64,000 bases of DNA from Candidatus Multivoradales bacterium (GTDB lineage: Bacteria; Acidobacteriota; Thermoanaerobaculia; Multivoradales; Multivoraceae). The notes below the pieces were generated by a model. It was given only the letters and a program-made list of their open reading frames with translations. It did no database searches and was not told the DNA's origin. Made by a program: the position numbers and the translations under genes. Location of the stretch: contig CBDCWI010000002.1 of the NCBI GenBank assembly GCA_965223325.1, positions 4,352,001-4,416,000 of the forward strand, written 5' to 3'. Numbering within the stretch: the first letter of the stretch is position 1; each line of letters begins with the position of its first letter. Shown piece by piece: positions 1-9,537 of the stretch.

Positions 1-262
1 TGACCTGAAAGATCCCGCGACGAACGACATCTTCGGCGTGCAGCCGGTCGATTCGCTCGCCGAGAAACTCGATGTTGCCGTCGGTGACCGCGCCGTCTTC
101 GGGCTCGAGCAGGCCACTGATCGCCTTCAAAGTCGTCGACTTGCCGGCGCCGTTGGTGCCTAAGAGCGCAGCGATTTGTCCGGCCTTGACCTCGAGGGAA
201 AGCCCCTTGAGCACCAGCACGACATCGTTATAGATGACTTCGATGTTGTTGAGTTGGAGCAT
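1..262 (-). CDS. ABC transporter ATP-binding protein, LivF-like (partial, runs off window)
   Basis: Manual translation of the - strand: MLQLNNIEVIYNDVVLVLKGLSLEVKAGQIAALLGTNGAGKSTTLKAISG, with Walker A GTNGAGKST. Confidence 0.9.
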   Translation of the reverse strand, partial: MLQLNNIEVIYNDVVLVLKGLSLEVKAGQIAALLGTNGAGKSTTLKAISGLLEPEDGAVTDGNIEFLGERIDRLHAEDVVRRGIFQV

Positions 263-282
263 GAAAGAGTGGCAGCGAACTC

Positions 283-1503
283 CTACTCGACGATGCGCAG
301 GTCGGTGGCAGGCTCCCAGGTGGCGTCGTTGACTGAGAAGATCCGCATGCCCTTGATGCCGCGGTGGTCACTCGAGCTGTAGCTCACCGGCGCAGTGACG
401 CCGCCGGTCTCGAAACCGTCGAGCGTTTCGAGGGCCGCCTTGATGGCCTGGCCGGTTACCGGCTCGCCAGTTGCGGCGGCGCGTTCGATGCCTTCCGCCA
501 TGATGCCCATTGTCCACCAGCCCTGGACGAACAGGAGGCCCTTCTCGCGCAGCGACTCGCCGCGACCGTCGAGGTAGGCCTGAGCATCGGCGAGCCCCTC
601 GACGCCGGTGATCGGTGGCGAGTAGATGACCGAGCCGAGGACGCCCTGGGCGGCGCTTCCGGCCAGCGAAGTCAGAACCTCATTCGAGCACCAGTTGAGG
701 CAGGCGAAGCGCAGGTCGAGGCCGAGGTCGTCAGCGTTGCGCAGCGCGGTCGCCACAGGGGCGGAGGTGGTCTGGAAAACGATCCACTCGATCCCGGAGT
801 CGGCGATGCGAGTCAGCTGGGCGGTGTAGTCGGTTGCGCCGCGGGGCATCTCGAAGGCTTCGAGCGTCACCCCGACGGACTCGGCGTACTCGCGGCCGCC
901 CTGCTGGTAGGGCGACAGGCCAAAAGGACTGGGATGATGCATCAAGGCGACCTGAGACAGCCCCGGATCCTGCTCGCGCATGTAGTCGAGCATGATCATC
1001 AACTGATGGGTGTAGCTGGTGCCGGAGAGGAAGTTGTAGGGCGCTTCGCCAGGCTCACCGAGCACGTGCGAGTACGAAGCCGACATGAAGGGAATGTGAT
1101 CGTCTGCAATGCGGCCGCGCAGGGCCTCGGTGTCGCCGGTACCCCAGCCCATGAAGGCGACCGCCCCTTCGCCGACGTATTGCGAGTACAGCTGCTCAGC
1201 CTGGTCGACTTTGTAGCCGTAGTCCTGGTAGAGAAGGTCGATCGGCCGGCCGTTGATGCCGCCGTTCTCGTTGCGCCAGTCAACGTAGGCGCGGATTCCC
1301 TCAGCGTAGGTCGTACCGACGTCAGAAGTGACGCCCGTGAGGTCGAAGATCGCCCCCACCTTGATCGGTGCGTCGGGGCTCGTGCTGTCGACCGCCGCCT
1401 CGCGATCGCCGCCGCAGGCGCTCATGAGGCTAAGGATGCCGAGAATGGTCAGCGAGATGAAGAGGGAACCGATACGGGTCGGCGTAGCGAGTCTGCGCAG
1501 CAT
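283..1503 (-). CDS. ABC transporter substrate-binding lipoprotein (LivJ/Peripla_BP_6 type)
   Basis: Lipobox LMSAC and the motifs IKVGAIFDLTG and NENGGINGRPI; start trimmed to MLRRLATP. Confidence 0.88.
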   Translation of the reverse strand: MLRRLATPTRIGSLFISLTILGILSLMSACGGDREAAVDSTSPDAPIKVGAIFDLTGVTSDVGTTYAEGIRAYVDWRNENGGINGRPIDLLYQDYGYKVDQAEQLYSQYVGEGAVAFMGWGTGDTEALRGRIADDHIPFMSASYSHVLGEPGEAPYNFLSGTSYTHQLMIMLDYMREQDPGLSQVALMHHPSPFGLSPYQQGGREYAESVGVTLEAFEMPRGATDYTAQLTRIADSGIEWIVFQTTSAPVATALRNADDLGLDLRFACLNWCSNEVLTSLAGSAAQGVLGSVIYSPPITGVEGLADAQAYLDGRGESLREKGLLFVQGWWTMGIMAEGIERAAATGEPVTGQAIKAALETLDGFETGGVTAPVSYSSSDHRGIKGMRIFSVNDATWEPATDLRIVE

Positions 1504-1739
1504 GAGTTCTCCTCCGGAGCAATGGATGGCTCCGTGGTCGATGGGCCGCGGCAGCGGCCTCCCTCGACACGATGAATCAATGGGACGTCGACCCATTGTA
1601 CGACCCATCCGCCCTGTGGCTAGCCCGGTGTTGAGTTCCATCGTGGTCAGGAATCCGCGGCGCGCGCCAAGCGAGCGAAGGTCGACGCCATTTCGTCAAC
1701 GCGACGTGGTTGGCAAGGGGCCGCGCTGCGGGACGCTTG

Positions 1740-3649
1740 GATACGCCGGGATAAACCGGCATGGAGAAAGGAATGAGAGAGTCCCACCCTCGAAGGGGTA
1801 GCGACCCAGAGGGTCCCCGAGTCATGCGCCGGCTCCCGCGAGGGTGCGGTGAAGCGTTGACAGGGGCACACACAGGCCGGGTATTGAGCCGCGAAATAAG
1901 AATTTGGGAGTGCCGACGCTGTCAAGCGAAGCGGAAGGCGAGACTCCGTAGCGCGCTATCGCGAGCTCTGCGGCGACTCCCCGCGGTCGTAGACCCTGTG
2001 CATGTGTGGAATCTCCATGCGCGAGAACCGGGAGATCCGCGATCTGGCCAGTTGGGTATCTGGTCCGCATCGGGAAGGCTAGAGGCCGTAAGCCGATGAC
2101 GCACGGATGGCGGAAGTCAGACAGGCCCGTAGTACCTGCGAAGTCGTCGAACAACGGTGGGAGACCAGCGGCGGAGGCGGTGGAGGGAAGGGGCCTGGCC
2201 AAGGGGAACACGGGCAAGCAAAACGCACCCCGGACACAGAGCCGGATGGAGAGTGCGAGCAATGCGCTGGGCCGTGTACGAGAAGCCGCCCGCAGGGGCA
2301 AGGAAGTGAAGTTCACAGCGCTTCTTCACCACATCACGGTCGAGCGACTCCGGAGCGCATTTGACGTGTTGCACCGAGACGCAGCGGCAGGAGTGGACGG
2401 AGTGTCATGGAGCGAGTACGCAGAATCTTTGCTGAGCAATCTCGAGGACCTGCACTCTCGTGTCCACCGTGGGAGCTACCGGGCGAGTGCGACTCGTCGC
2501 GTCTACATCGAGAAATCGGATGGGCGGTTCCGACCGCTTGGCATCGCCACGTTGGAGGACAAGATCCTTCAGCGCGCCGTCGTCTCGGTGTTGGATGCGA
2601 TCTACGAGGAAGACTTTCTCGGGTACTCATACGGATTCAGGCGAGGCCGCAGCCAGCACGATGCTTTGGATGCGCTATTCGTTGGAATCACAAAGCGGAA
2701 GGTGAACTGGGTGCTCGACGCAGACATTCGTGGGTTCTTCGATGCCCTGGACCACGAGTGGCTGGTGAAGTTTCTCGAGCACCGTATCGGAGACCGTAGG
2801 ATCCTTCGCCTCATCCAGAAATGGCTGAGGTCCGGAGTGATGGAAGACGGTAAGTGGCACGCGAGCACGCGGGGGACTCCTCAGGGGGCGACGATTTCGC
2901 CTCTCCTCGGGAACGTGTACCTGCACTACGTGCTCGATCTCTGGGTCCAGCAGTGGAGGAAACGCAACGCGCTTGGGGACATGATCTTCGTGCGCTACGC
3001 GGATGACTTCATCGTTGGATTTGAGAGGCAGGAGGAGGCAGAACGATTCCTCGAGGAACTGAACCTGCGACTCCGTGACTTCTCGTTGGAGATCCAACCC
3101 GAGAAGACGCGCCTGCTGGAGTTTGGCCGCTTTGCGGCCTACAACCGACGCGCGCGAGGTCTCGGGCGGCCGGAGACCTTCGAGTTTCTAGGCTTTACGC
3201 ACTGCTGTGCGCAGTCTAGTCGAGGGAGGTTCTTGCTGAAGCGCATCACGAGCCGCCACCGAATCCGCAGGACACTGAAGGCTGTCGGTACGGCCCTTCT
3301 GGGACACCGACACTCGCCGCTACCAGAGCAAGGTCTCTGGCTGGGATCCGTGGTGCGAGGCTTCAATGCCTACTACGGCGTACCCGGCAACTCAGCGGCG
3401 TTGAACGCCTTTCGACAGGAGGTCATTCGGCACTGGATGCGCGCTCTGCGCCGACGCAGTGACAAAGACCGCACGTCCTGGAAACGGATGTGGGCCCTGG
3501 TGGCCCACTACCTACCCAAAGCCCGAGTCCAACATCCCTGGCCTGATGAGCGACTTGTCGTCAATACCTGAGGCAGGAGCCCAGTGCATTAGCAGTGCAC
3601 GCTGGGATCTGTGCGGGGGGCGCCGGGCAACCGGCGCTCCTACCGCGAT
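1740..3649 (+). mobile_element. Group II intron, copy 1 (1910 bp, endonuclease-less RT, bacterial class D/E-like)
   Basis: Domain V GAGCCCAGTGC...GCACGCTGGGATC (AGC triad, AC bulge); domain VI with bulged A, ending ...CCTACCGCGAT; EBS1 CAAGCG (1923-1928) is complementary to the exon end CGCTTG (1734-1739); boundaries taken from copy 2. Confidence 0.93.
2096..3571 (+). CDS. ltrA: Group II intron reverse transcriptase/maturase
   Basis: RT motifs FTALLHHI, RPLGI, SYGFRRGRS, DADIRGFFD, GTPQGATISPLLGNVYL, YADD and FEFLGF; X domain present, no HNH domain. Confidence 0.95.
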   Translation: MTHGWRKSDRPVVPAKSSNNGGRPAAEAVEGRGLAKGNTGKQNAPRTQSRMESASNALGRVREAARRGKEVKFTALLHHITVERLRSAFDVLHRDAAAGVDGVSWSEYAESLLSNLEDLHSRVHRGSYRASATRRVYIEKSDGRFRPLGIATLEDKILQRAVVSVLDAIYEEDFLGYSYGFRRGRSQHDALDALFVGITKRKVNWVLDADIRGFFDALDHEWLVKFLEHRIGDRRILRLIQKWLRSGVMEDGKWHASTRGTPQGATISPLLGNVYLHYVLDLWVQQWRKRNALGDMIFVRYADDFIVGFERQEEAERFLEELNLRLRDFSLEIQPEKTRLLEFGRFAAYNRRARGLGRPETFEFLGFTHCCAQSSRGRFLLKRITSRHRIRRTLKAVGTALLGHRHSPLPEQGLWLGSVVRGFNAYYGVPGNSAALNAFRQEVIRHWMRALRRRSDKDRTSWKRMWALVAHYLPKARVQHPWPDERLVVNT

Positions 3650-3777
3650 CGCCGCAAGAGTGATGAGTAGCGGAGCCGTGGTAACGCCTTTTCGAGGTCG
3701 AAGAAGCGGCAACTCCGGGCCGTCAACGAGTCACCGAAGAGGCCCTTCTGGCAGAGGCCGCAAAACCACGGCCCCCG

Positions 3778-4566
3778 CTACAAGAAGCCGAAGATCGCGA
3801 CGAAGTGGATCGCTGCGCCGACGAGGCCGAAGACGTGCCAGACCGTGTGGCCGTAGGGCAGGTTGTGCCATAGATAGAAGGCTCCGCCAAGGGTGTAGGC
3901 CAGGCCGCCGGCGAGGAACAGGGTCCAGGCCATTGGGGGCAGGGCAGCGGTAGCAGTGGGATACACCAGAAAGATGCTCCAACCCAGAGCGGCGTACGAA
4001 CCAACACACCAGCGCCGGTGCCAGACGCTGCTGCAGTGGTGTTTCCGGGTCACCAGCTTGAGGACGATCCCGGTGGCGGCGGCACTCCACACGGCACCCA
4101 ACAGGGGGACACCCACCGAGTGGTCGAGCCCGAGCAGGCAGAAGGGGGTGTAGGTACCGGCGATGAAGAGGTAGATCGCACAGTGATCGACGACCTGAAA
4201 AAGGGCACGGCGGGCCGGCTGAAGCTCGGCATGAAAGAGGGTCGAGGCAAGAAAGAGAAGAACCAGTGTGGCGCAATACAAAGCGCTGGCCGCAAAGGGA
4301 AGCAGAGACGTTTCGTAGGCGAGCCGAGTGAGCACCAGGCCCGAGGCGCCAGCGGCGGCGACCAGCCCGGCGGCATGGGTGACGATCTCAGCGAGGTCCT
4401 CGGTCGGTCGCCGGCGCGGGCGTGCGCTGGCCTTCTTCTTGGGGGCCTCCACCCTGATGGTTCGAGCGTCGACGGCGAGGCCTGTCTCGCTGGCCCGCCG
4501 GACTCTCTGACCGCCGAGCGTGGTGCGTGCGGGGATTGGTAGCAGGGTAACTTCGGTGGTGGACAT
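3778..4566 (-). CDS. Hemolysin III / PAQR family membrane protein
   Basis: Motifs STLFH, DHCAIYLFIAGTYTP, GGLAYTLG and HTVWHVF; about 7 TM segments. Confidence 0.92.
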   Translation of the reverse strand: MSTTEVTLLPIPARTTLGGQRVRRASETGLAVDARTIRVEAPKKKASARPRRRPTEDLAEIVTHAAGLVAAAGASGLVLTRLAYETSLLPFAASALYCATLVLLFLASTLFHAELQPARRALFQVVDHCAIYLFIAGTYTPFCLLGLDHSVGVPLLGAVWSAAATGIVLKLVTRKHHCSSVWHRRWCVGSYAALGWSIFLVYPTATAALPPMAWTLFLAGGLAYTLGGAFYLWHNLPYGHTVWHVFGLVGAAIHFVAIFGFL

Positions 4567-4634
4567 GGCTTATTGCAGGAGGAGACCGTCGAGATGGAGA
4601 GGTGGTTCAGGGCCAGGGCTGTGGACTGCCTCGC

Positions 4635-4862
4635 TCAGGCGACGTGGTGGCGGCGGAATTCGAGGTGCGACGAGGCTTCTGCGTACGTCGTCGAGGTCGC
4701 CGCTGCGCTCTTGGCCTGGCGCCGGGTCGAGAACTGGTCGAGTTCGACCGCCAGCAGAGAGAGGTCGTCGTCACTGAGTTGGTCGTCGAGCGCCGTCCAG
4801 CTCCAATCGTTTCGGTGAAGGAGGTCGTCTAGCCGGTCTGCGATGGCGGTGGTCGGTTTCAT
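4635..4862 (-). CDS. Small hypothetical protein
   Basis: 75-aa ORF with GGAG upstream, co-oriented with its neighbours. Confidence 0.45.
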   Translation of the reverse strand: MKPTTAIADRLDDLLHRNDWSWTALDDQLSDDDLSLLAVELDQFSTRRQAKSAAATSTTYAEASSHLEFRRHHVA

Positions 4863-5124
4863 GATCGGTGGTCTCCGGTTGCTGCTCGATGGCTTCTGCC
4901 GCTGCTTCTTCGCTCAGGCCTCTGGTACTGCAGTGCGCGTGCCAGGGCTCGTTTCAGGGCGGTCGCCACCAGGAACAACCCAGTAAATACCCTCAGAGGG
5001 CTGTTTCAACGCGGCGCGTGGCATTCGCGGTGGTGACTTCGGTGGCAGCCAAGTGGGCACAAGTGGAACTCTGGCTCCATTGGCTGGAGCCAGAGCTCTC
5101 CTCCGTGACGTCGAGTGAAGGCTG

Positions 5125-5694
5125 CTAAGCGTTCTTCCGGTTGTTCCACCAGTTGAGGGCGCCGCGCGCCAGGGTTGCCCAGATACCGTTGCGCTGTTCC
5201 TGGACTTCACCGCCGCGCGACTCGCGGTAGCGGTCGATACCCCAGTCGACGACTCGGGTGAACCAGTTCTTCTTCTTGGTCGTACCGTCGGCTCCCGCCT
5301 CGGGCGCCAGCCCGCTGCGGTAACGGCGATAGCGGCTGACACCCCAGTCGGCGAGTTTGGCGAACCATCCACCCTTGGTGGCCGAGGTGGGTTCGCCCGT
5401 GCGGTAGGTCTTGAAGCGATCTACACCCCAGTCGACCAGGTTCTGCCACCAACGGTCCGGCTTGCCCTGGGAGCGCCGGTCTTCGCTGCGCTGCCACCAA
5501 TCGCCGAGCAAGCGGGTGAGCCAACCACCTTGCTGCTTGGGGCTTGCCTGCTGGGGCGCGGCTTGACTGTTGTAGGTGCGGGGGGTTTCGTTGCCATCGA
5601 CGGGGGCGCTTTGCGGGCGGGCCACCTGAACGTCGGCGGAGTACGTGCTCGCCACCTGGCGTGCGGTTGCGTTCTGAATTCCAGCTAGAGACAT
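5125..5694 (-). CDS. Hypothetical protein with five Trp-rich amphipathic repeats (WxxxLxDWGxxRY)
   Basis: AGGAGG RBS before the ATG at 5694; repeats visible in the translation. Confidence 0.75.
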   Translation of the reverse strand: MSLAGIQNATARQVASTYSADVQVARPQSAPVDGNETPRTYNSQAAPQQASPKQQGGWLTRLLGDWWQRSEDRRSQGKPDRWWQNLVDWGVDRFKTYRTGEPTSATKGGWFAKLADWGVSRYRRYRSGLAPEAGADGTTKKKNWFTRVVDWGIDRYRESRGGEVQEQRNGIWATLARGALNWWNNRKNA

Positions 5695-5772
5695 CGGACA
5701 GGCCCTCCTTTTGAGGTCTTGATTCGTGTTCTGGGCCTCGGCCACCGGCGGTGGTCGCGGGTTCAGAGGGCT

Positions 5773-5849
5773 CTTCCGGAAGGCGCCGGCTTTGTTACCG
5801 GTCGGACCGGTCGAAACAGGGGTGTAACGAATCTGGCTCAGGTCGGAAG
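5773..5849. promoter_or_regulatory. Back-to-back promoter-like motifs GTAAC-N15-CGGAAG with a central palindrome
   Basis: - strand 5798-5773 and + strand 5824-5849 have identical boxes and spacing; palindrome ACCGGTC-G-GACCGGT at 5797-5811. Confidence 0.6.
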
Positions 5850-5894
5850 GGAAAGAGAGACGACAGATCGAACCCCTTTCACTGGAGTTTTCCC

Positions 5895-8321
5895 ATGACC
5901 GTTGCCTACAACCCCGTTCCTGGTGCCTCGCCGCCTTCGAACTACAAAGCGCCCTCACCGGGCGCCACACCACAACCCGCCAAAGCCCCCGGCGACAGCT
6001 ATGTCGGGGGCCCCGCCGGAGGGACGAGTGGTCACAGCCCGGGCCGACTGCACAAGATCAAGCGCTATCTCGAGCGCCTGTCCGCACAGGACCTCGAGCG
6101 TCTGGCGGCGAAGCAGTTCGCTCCCATCCAGGAACTCACCATCGGGCTGTCGGCTGCCGACCAGGCAACCGTACAGAACATGCTCGTTCAGAAGCTCGAG
6201 GCGGCCGGAGTTGCACTGCCAGGGGCCGGTGGTCCTGGCGGTGCGGAGGCGGATCAGGAGATCGCGCCCGGTGTGACGCTTGGCGAAATCGCTCCGCAGA
6301 CCGCCTGGGATGCCGTTCAGATTCGCCTGCCAAAAAGCCAGGACGAGATCAAAGCGATTCTGCGAGAGAACTGGGACCAGCGAGCAGAGACCGAAGGCGA
6401 CCAGATCCTGCCGGGTAAGCCGCCGGGTCAAGCCGTTATCGACTGGCACGAAGGCTCGGTCAACCACCTGATCAACTTCGGCATGGACGTTGGTGCGCTG
6501 CCGCACGAGATCAAACACGACGCCGCGGTCACCGCACGCAATCTCCTGGGCTACGCCCCAGGTGAGACGCCTGGCGGCGGGCCCAGGCCGCTCGCCGAAG
6601 AGGCCGTCTTCGGCGCCGTCTTGATGCGCATTCCCGAGGAGCGCGTCAACCCATACCAGCTCAAGTCGGCGCTCAAGTTCGTTGCCAAGGCCAAAGACGG
6701 CGCCGAACAGGCGCGCCGCCTGACCCAGACCATCGAGGGAATGCAGGTGCTCGACAAGGCCGGCTCGCCGCCGGTCACCGACACGATGCTCGAGCAGTGG
6801 CTGTACCAGAAGCACGACGTGCCGTTCGTGGCGATGCGCATGAGCCCGCAGGAGCTGCGCGAGAAGCACGACGAGATTGCCTTTATCCAGTCGGCGCCCG
6901 GGCACCACGAGGTCGGGCTGTCCAAGCACCGCACCTTCAAGATCGATAACGACGAACAGGGCAACACGACCCACGTCGAGGTCCACAAGAAGAGCGGCTG
7001 GTCGCGCTTCAAGGAGAAGTCGATCAAGTGGGCCGGCATTGCGTTCACCATCATGAGCTTCATTCCGCCGGTTGCCTGGATCGGCATGATCGGCAACGCC
7101 GCCATTTCGCTCTACCAGGGCTACAAGAACAAGGACTGGGTGGGTGGCATCGTTGGTGCCGCGGCGTCTTTCGCTGGTGCCGGTGCCGCCGGAGTGGCGG
7201 GCGCCGCGACCAAGGCTGCCCAGACCATGGCGACGGTTGGCAAGTACGCCGCCGTGGCTGGCGGCTTGATGGACGCCTATGCGGCCAAGAAGCGCGGCGA
7301 CTCGGCGGGTTTCTGGGGTGGCGTGGCTGGCTCAGTAGCGACCGCCTTCGGTGGCAAGCTCAACCGCGTCGGCGAGAAGGCGACCACGATGAGCCAGAAG
7401 ATCGGCGACTGGGCGGCGCGCGCTGCTGCTGCGGCCGACGGCTACAAGGCGGCCAAGAACGGTGACTACCTGGGCGCGGCAAGCGTTGGCTTGCGGATCG
7501 CCGCGTCGCTCGACGCTACTGGTGAGAAGGTCGATGCCAAGCTCCTGAAGACCGCCGATGGGTTCGACAGGTACCTCAACCCGGCTCTTGCGGCGGCTCG
7601 CAACGAGGACTACTTCGGAGCGGCATCCGGGATCGCCGGCTTCTTGAGTTCCTATGGTGGCAAGAACCAGAAGGCGTGGGAGAACACCGCCATCGCCCTT
7701 CAGGCCCTGGGCTATTCAAAGGAGGCGATCGAACACAAGCAGTGGGGTGCTGCTGCTGCCGGCATCGCCGGGGCTGCCGCGCGCTGGCGCGAGACCTACG
7801 AGAACCGGCGTGATGCCAAAGCCGGCGAGACCGGCGTATCGACCCCCGATGCCGCTGACACCGATTCCGAAACCCGAAAGAAGATGGAGGTCTCGGACCT
7901 GCTCGACCACCTCTCGAAGGGCCTCAACTACCTCGACAGCGGCTACCAGCTACTCAAGGAGCATCGCTACAAGGAAGGTGCAGCAAGCCTGCGTGGTGCC
8001 TCGGCCGACTATCTCGCGGGCAACAGCATCGGCCGCAGCGTCGAGCGCCAGGCCCAGATCGTCGACCAGATCGTCTCGGTGGCCGAACGCCTCGAGGCCG
8101 GTGACTATGAGCGTGGCGGCGTTGAGCTCAACTACCTGGCGACGATGCTCACCGGTGCCGGTCTCGACGACCTCAAGGCCGAGCTCGAAGGCGCGGCACG
8201 TTACTTCGTCGAAGTCGGTCGCGCGGGTCAGGAGCCCTCGGCCGAGGCCGAACAGCGTTTGAGCATGGCCCTCGAGGCGATGTTCAAGGCGTGGGCTCCC
8301 GAGGTGCAGCAGGCAGCCTGA
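5895..8321 (+). CDS. Large hypothetical protein: Pro-rich N-terminus, central hydrophobic hairpin, Gly/Ala-rich helical repeats
   Basis: 808-aa ORF with GGAG RBS and genome-like codon usage; repeated xxxD(W/Y)xGAA motif. Confidence 0.8.
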   Translation: MTVAYNPVPGASPPSNYKAPSPGATPQPAKAPGDSYVGGPAGGTSGHSPGRLHKIKRYLERLSAQDLERLAAKQFAPIQELTIGLSAADQATVQNMLVQKLEAAGVALPGAGGPGGAEADQEIAPGVTLGEIAPQTAWDAVQIRLPKSQDEIKAILRENWDQRAETEGDQILPGKPPGQAVIDWHEGSVNHLINFGMDVGALPHEIKHDAAVTARNLLGYAPGETPGGGPRPLAEEAVFGAVLMRIPEERVNPYQLKSALKFVAKAKDGAEQARRLTQTIEGMQVLDKAGSPPVTDTMLEQWLYQKHDVPFVAMRMSPQELREKHDEIAFIQSAPGHHEVGLSKHRTFKIDNDEQGNTTHVEVHKKSGWSRFKEKSIKWAGIAFTIMSFIPPVAWIGMIGNAAISLYQGYKNKDWVGGIVGAAASFAGAGAAGVAGAATKAAQTMATVGKYAAVAGGLMDAYAAKKRGDSAGFWGGVAGSVATAFGGKLNRVGEKATTMSQKIGDWAARAAAAADGYKAAKNGDYLGAASVGLRIAASLDATGEKVDAKLLKTADGFDRYLNPALAAARNEDYFGAASGIAGFLSSYGGKNQKAWENTAIALQALGYSKEAIEHKQWGAAAAGIAGAAARWRETYENRRDAKAGETGVSTPDAADTDSETRKKMEVSDLLDHLSKGLNYLDSGYQLLKEHRYKEGAASLRGASADYLAGNSIGRSVERQAQIVDQIVSVAERLEAGDYERGGVELNYLATMLTGAGLDDLKAELEGAARYFVEVGRAGQEPSAEAEQRLSMALEAMFKAWAPEVQQAA

Positions 8322-8349
8322 GTCGAACCGCGGAGCGAGAACTCCTGGT

Positions 8350-9465
8350 TCAAGGCGCCAGTTGACGCGTCGCCGCCGCGCGGCGGCGCGCGGCCAGGGT
8401 CGACGCAGGCTCGATAGCCAGGGCACGGTCGGCGGCCGCGAGCGCCTTCTCCGGCTCGCCCAGGGCGAGAAGAATGGAGGAGTAGGTGCAGTGCAGGCGG
8501 GCATCGCCTGCCTTGGCGCGCAGGGCCGACTCGAGGACGGCAAGTGCTTCCCGGGGCCGGTCGAGCTCGCGCAGCGCGATGGCCATGGTGTTCTGTGCTC
8601 CGACGCTCAGCCTGCCGCCGTCACTGGTGCTCGAGCGGATTGCGAACAGAGCCTGCTCAGGGCGCCTTTTTCGCAAATGGTGGGCGGCTGCGATTTCCCA
8701 GGCGTTCGCGAGCAGCGCATTCTCGCGTGTCGTTGGGGCGATCGACTCCGCATAGCGATCGTTGTAGAACTGGATGTAGTGCGCCAGAGGTTTCCATTGA
8801 GACGAGGAAGCGCCGGCTTCGAAGACCCACGGCTTGCGGTTTCGATCGTAGACCAGAAGGGCCAGGTGGTCCGAAGTGCTGAGCGCCCCGAGCTGTCGGG
8901 AGAGACCGAGCCGAGGCCTGAGCCGATCGACCCGATCGAGGATCGCATCCAGGAGGACCACTCCGCTGTCGCAGTCGACCCAGAATGCTTCGCCGTGATG
9001 CGGCGCGCCGGGGTGCAGGCGTTGTTGGTCGAACCGCAGCGACAGAAGCGTGTTGTCGCCACCCTCGCGTTGCCACTGCACGCCGGCTAGTTGAAGGAGC
9101 TCGGCGGCCCGTTCGACGAGGGCGTCGGTCTTGCGGATCTGATCCGCTTCCCGTACCAGTCGGGCCGCCGTTTGATCGCGCAGGCGAAGCACTCGCCGTG
9201 CTCCGCGGGCGGCGCGCTCCTTGGTGGTGTTCGAATCGTAGGCAACCGTTTCCCGGTCGATCAGGAGCCGGGCCTCGAGACGTTTGCCATGTCGCGCCAG
9301 CTTGGCTGCGCGCTCGGCGAGCGCACCCTCTTCAAAGGCAGCTGAGCCCGCGACTGCTCGCGCCTCGGATGCCAAGAGAGCAGCGGCGGCCAGGACCGAG
9401 GCCAGCAGGGTGGAGCGCGCACTCCATCCCGAAGAGCAAACCGTTCGTACCTGCTTGGGGACCAT
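8350..9465 (-). CDS. Exported TPR protein with a possible transglutaminase-like Cys-His domain
   Basis: N-terminal hydrophobic segment; VDCD...DHLAL; C-terminal TPR-like helices. Confidence 0.65.
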   Translation of the reverse strand: MVPKQVRTVCSSGWSARSTLLASVLAAAALLASEARAVAGSAAFEEGALAERAAKLARHGKRLEARLLIDRETVAYDSNTTKERAARGARRVLRLRDQTAARLVREADQIRKTDALVERAAELLQLAGVQWQREGGDNTLLSLRFDQQRLHPGAPHHGEAFWVDCDSGVVLLDAILDRVDRLRPRLGLSRQLGALSTSDHLALLVYDRNRKPWVFEAGASSSQWKPLAHYIQFYNDRYAESIAPTTRENALLANAWEIAAAHHLRKRRPEQALFAIRSSTSDGGRLSVGAQNTMAIALRELDRPREALAVLESALRAKAGDARLHCTYSSILLALGEPEKALAAADRALAIEPASTLAARRRAAATRQLAP

Positions 9466-9537
9466 TGATCCCCAAAATAGCACCGACTACGACTCGTCCC
9501 TCGCGATTCGTCCCAAGGCAGAGTTGGCGAGGTTGCT

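Noticed and set aside
2006-2095. N-terminal extension of the RT ORF in the ORF track
   Set aside because: It overlaps ribozyme domains; the ATG at 2096 is the more plausible start
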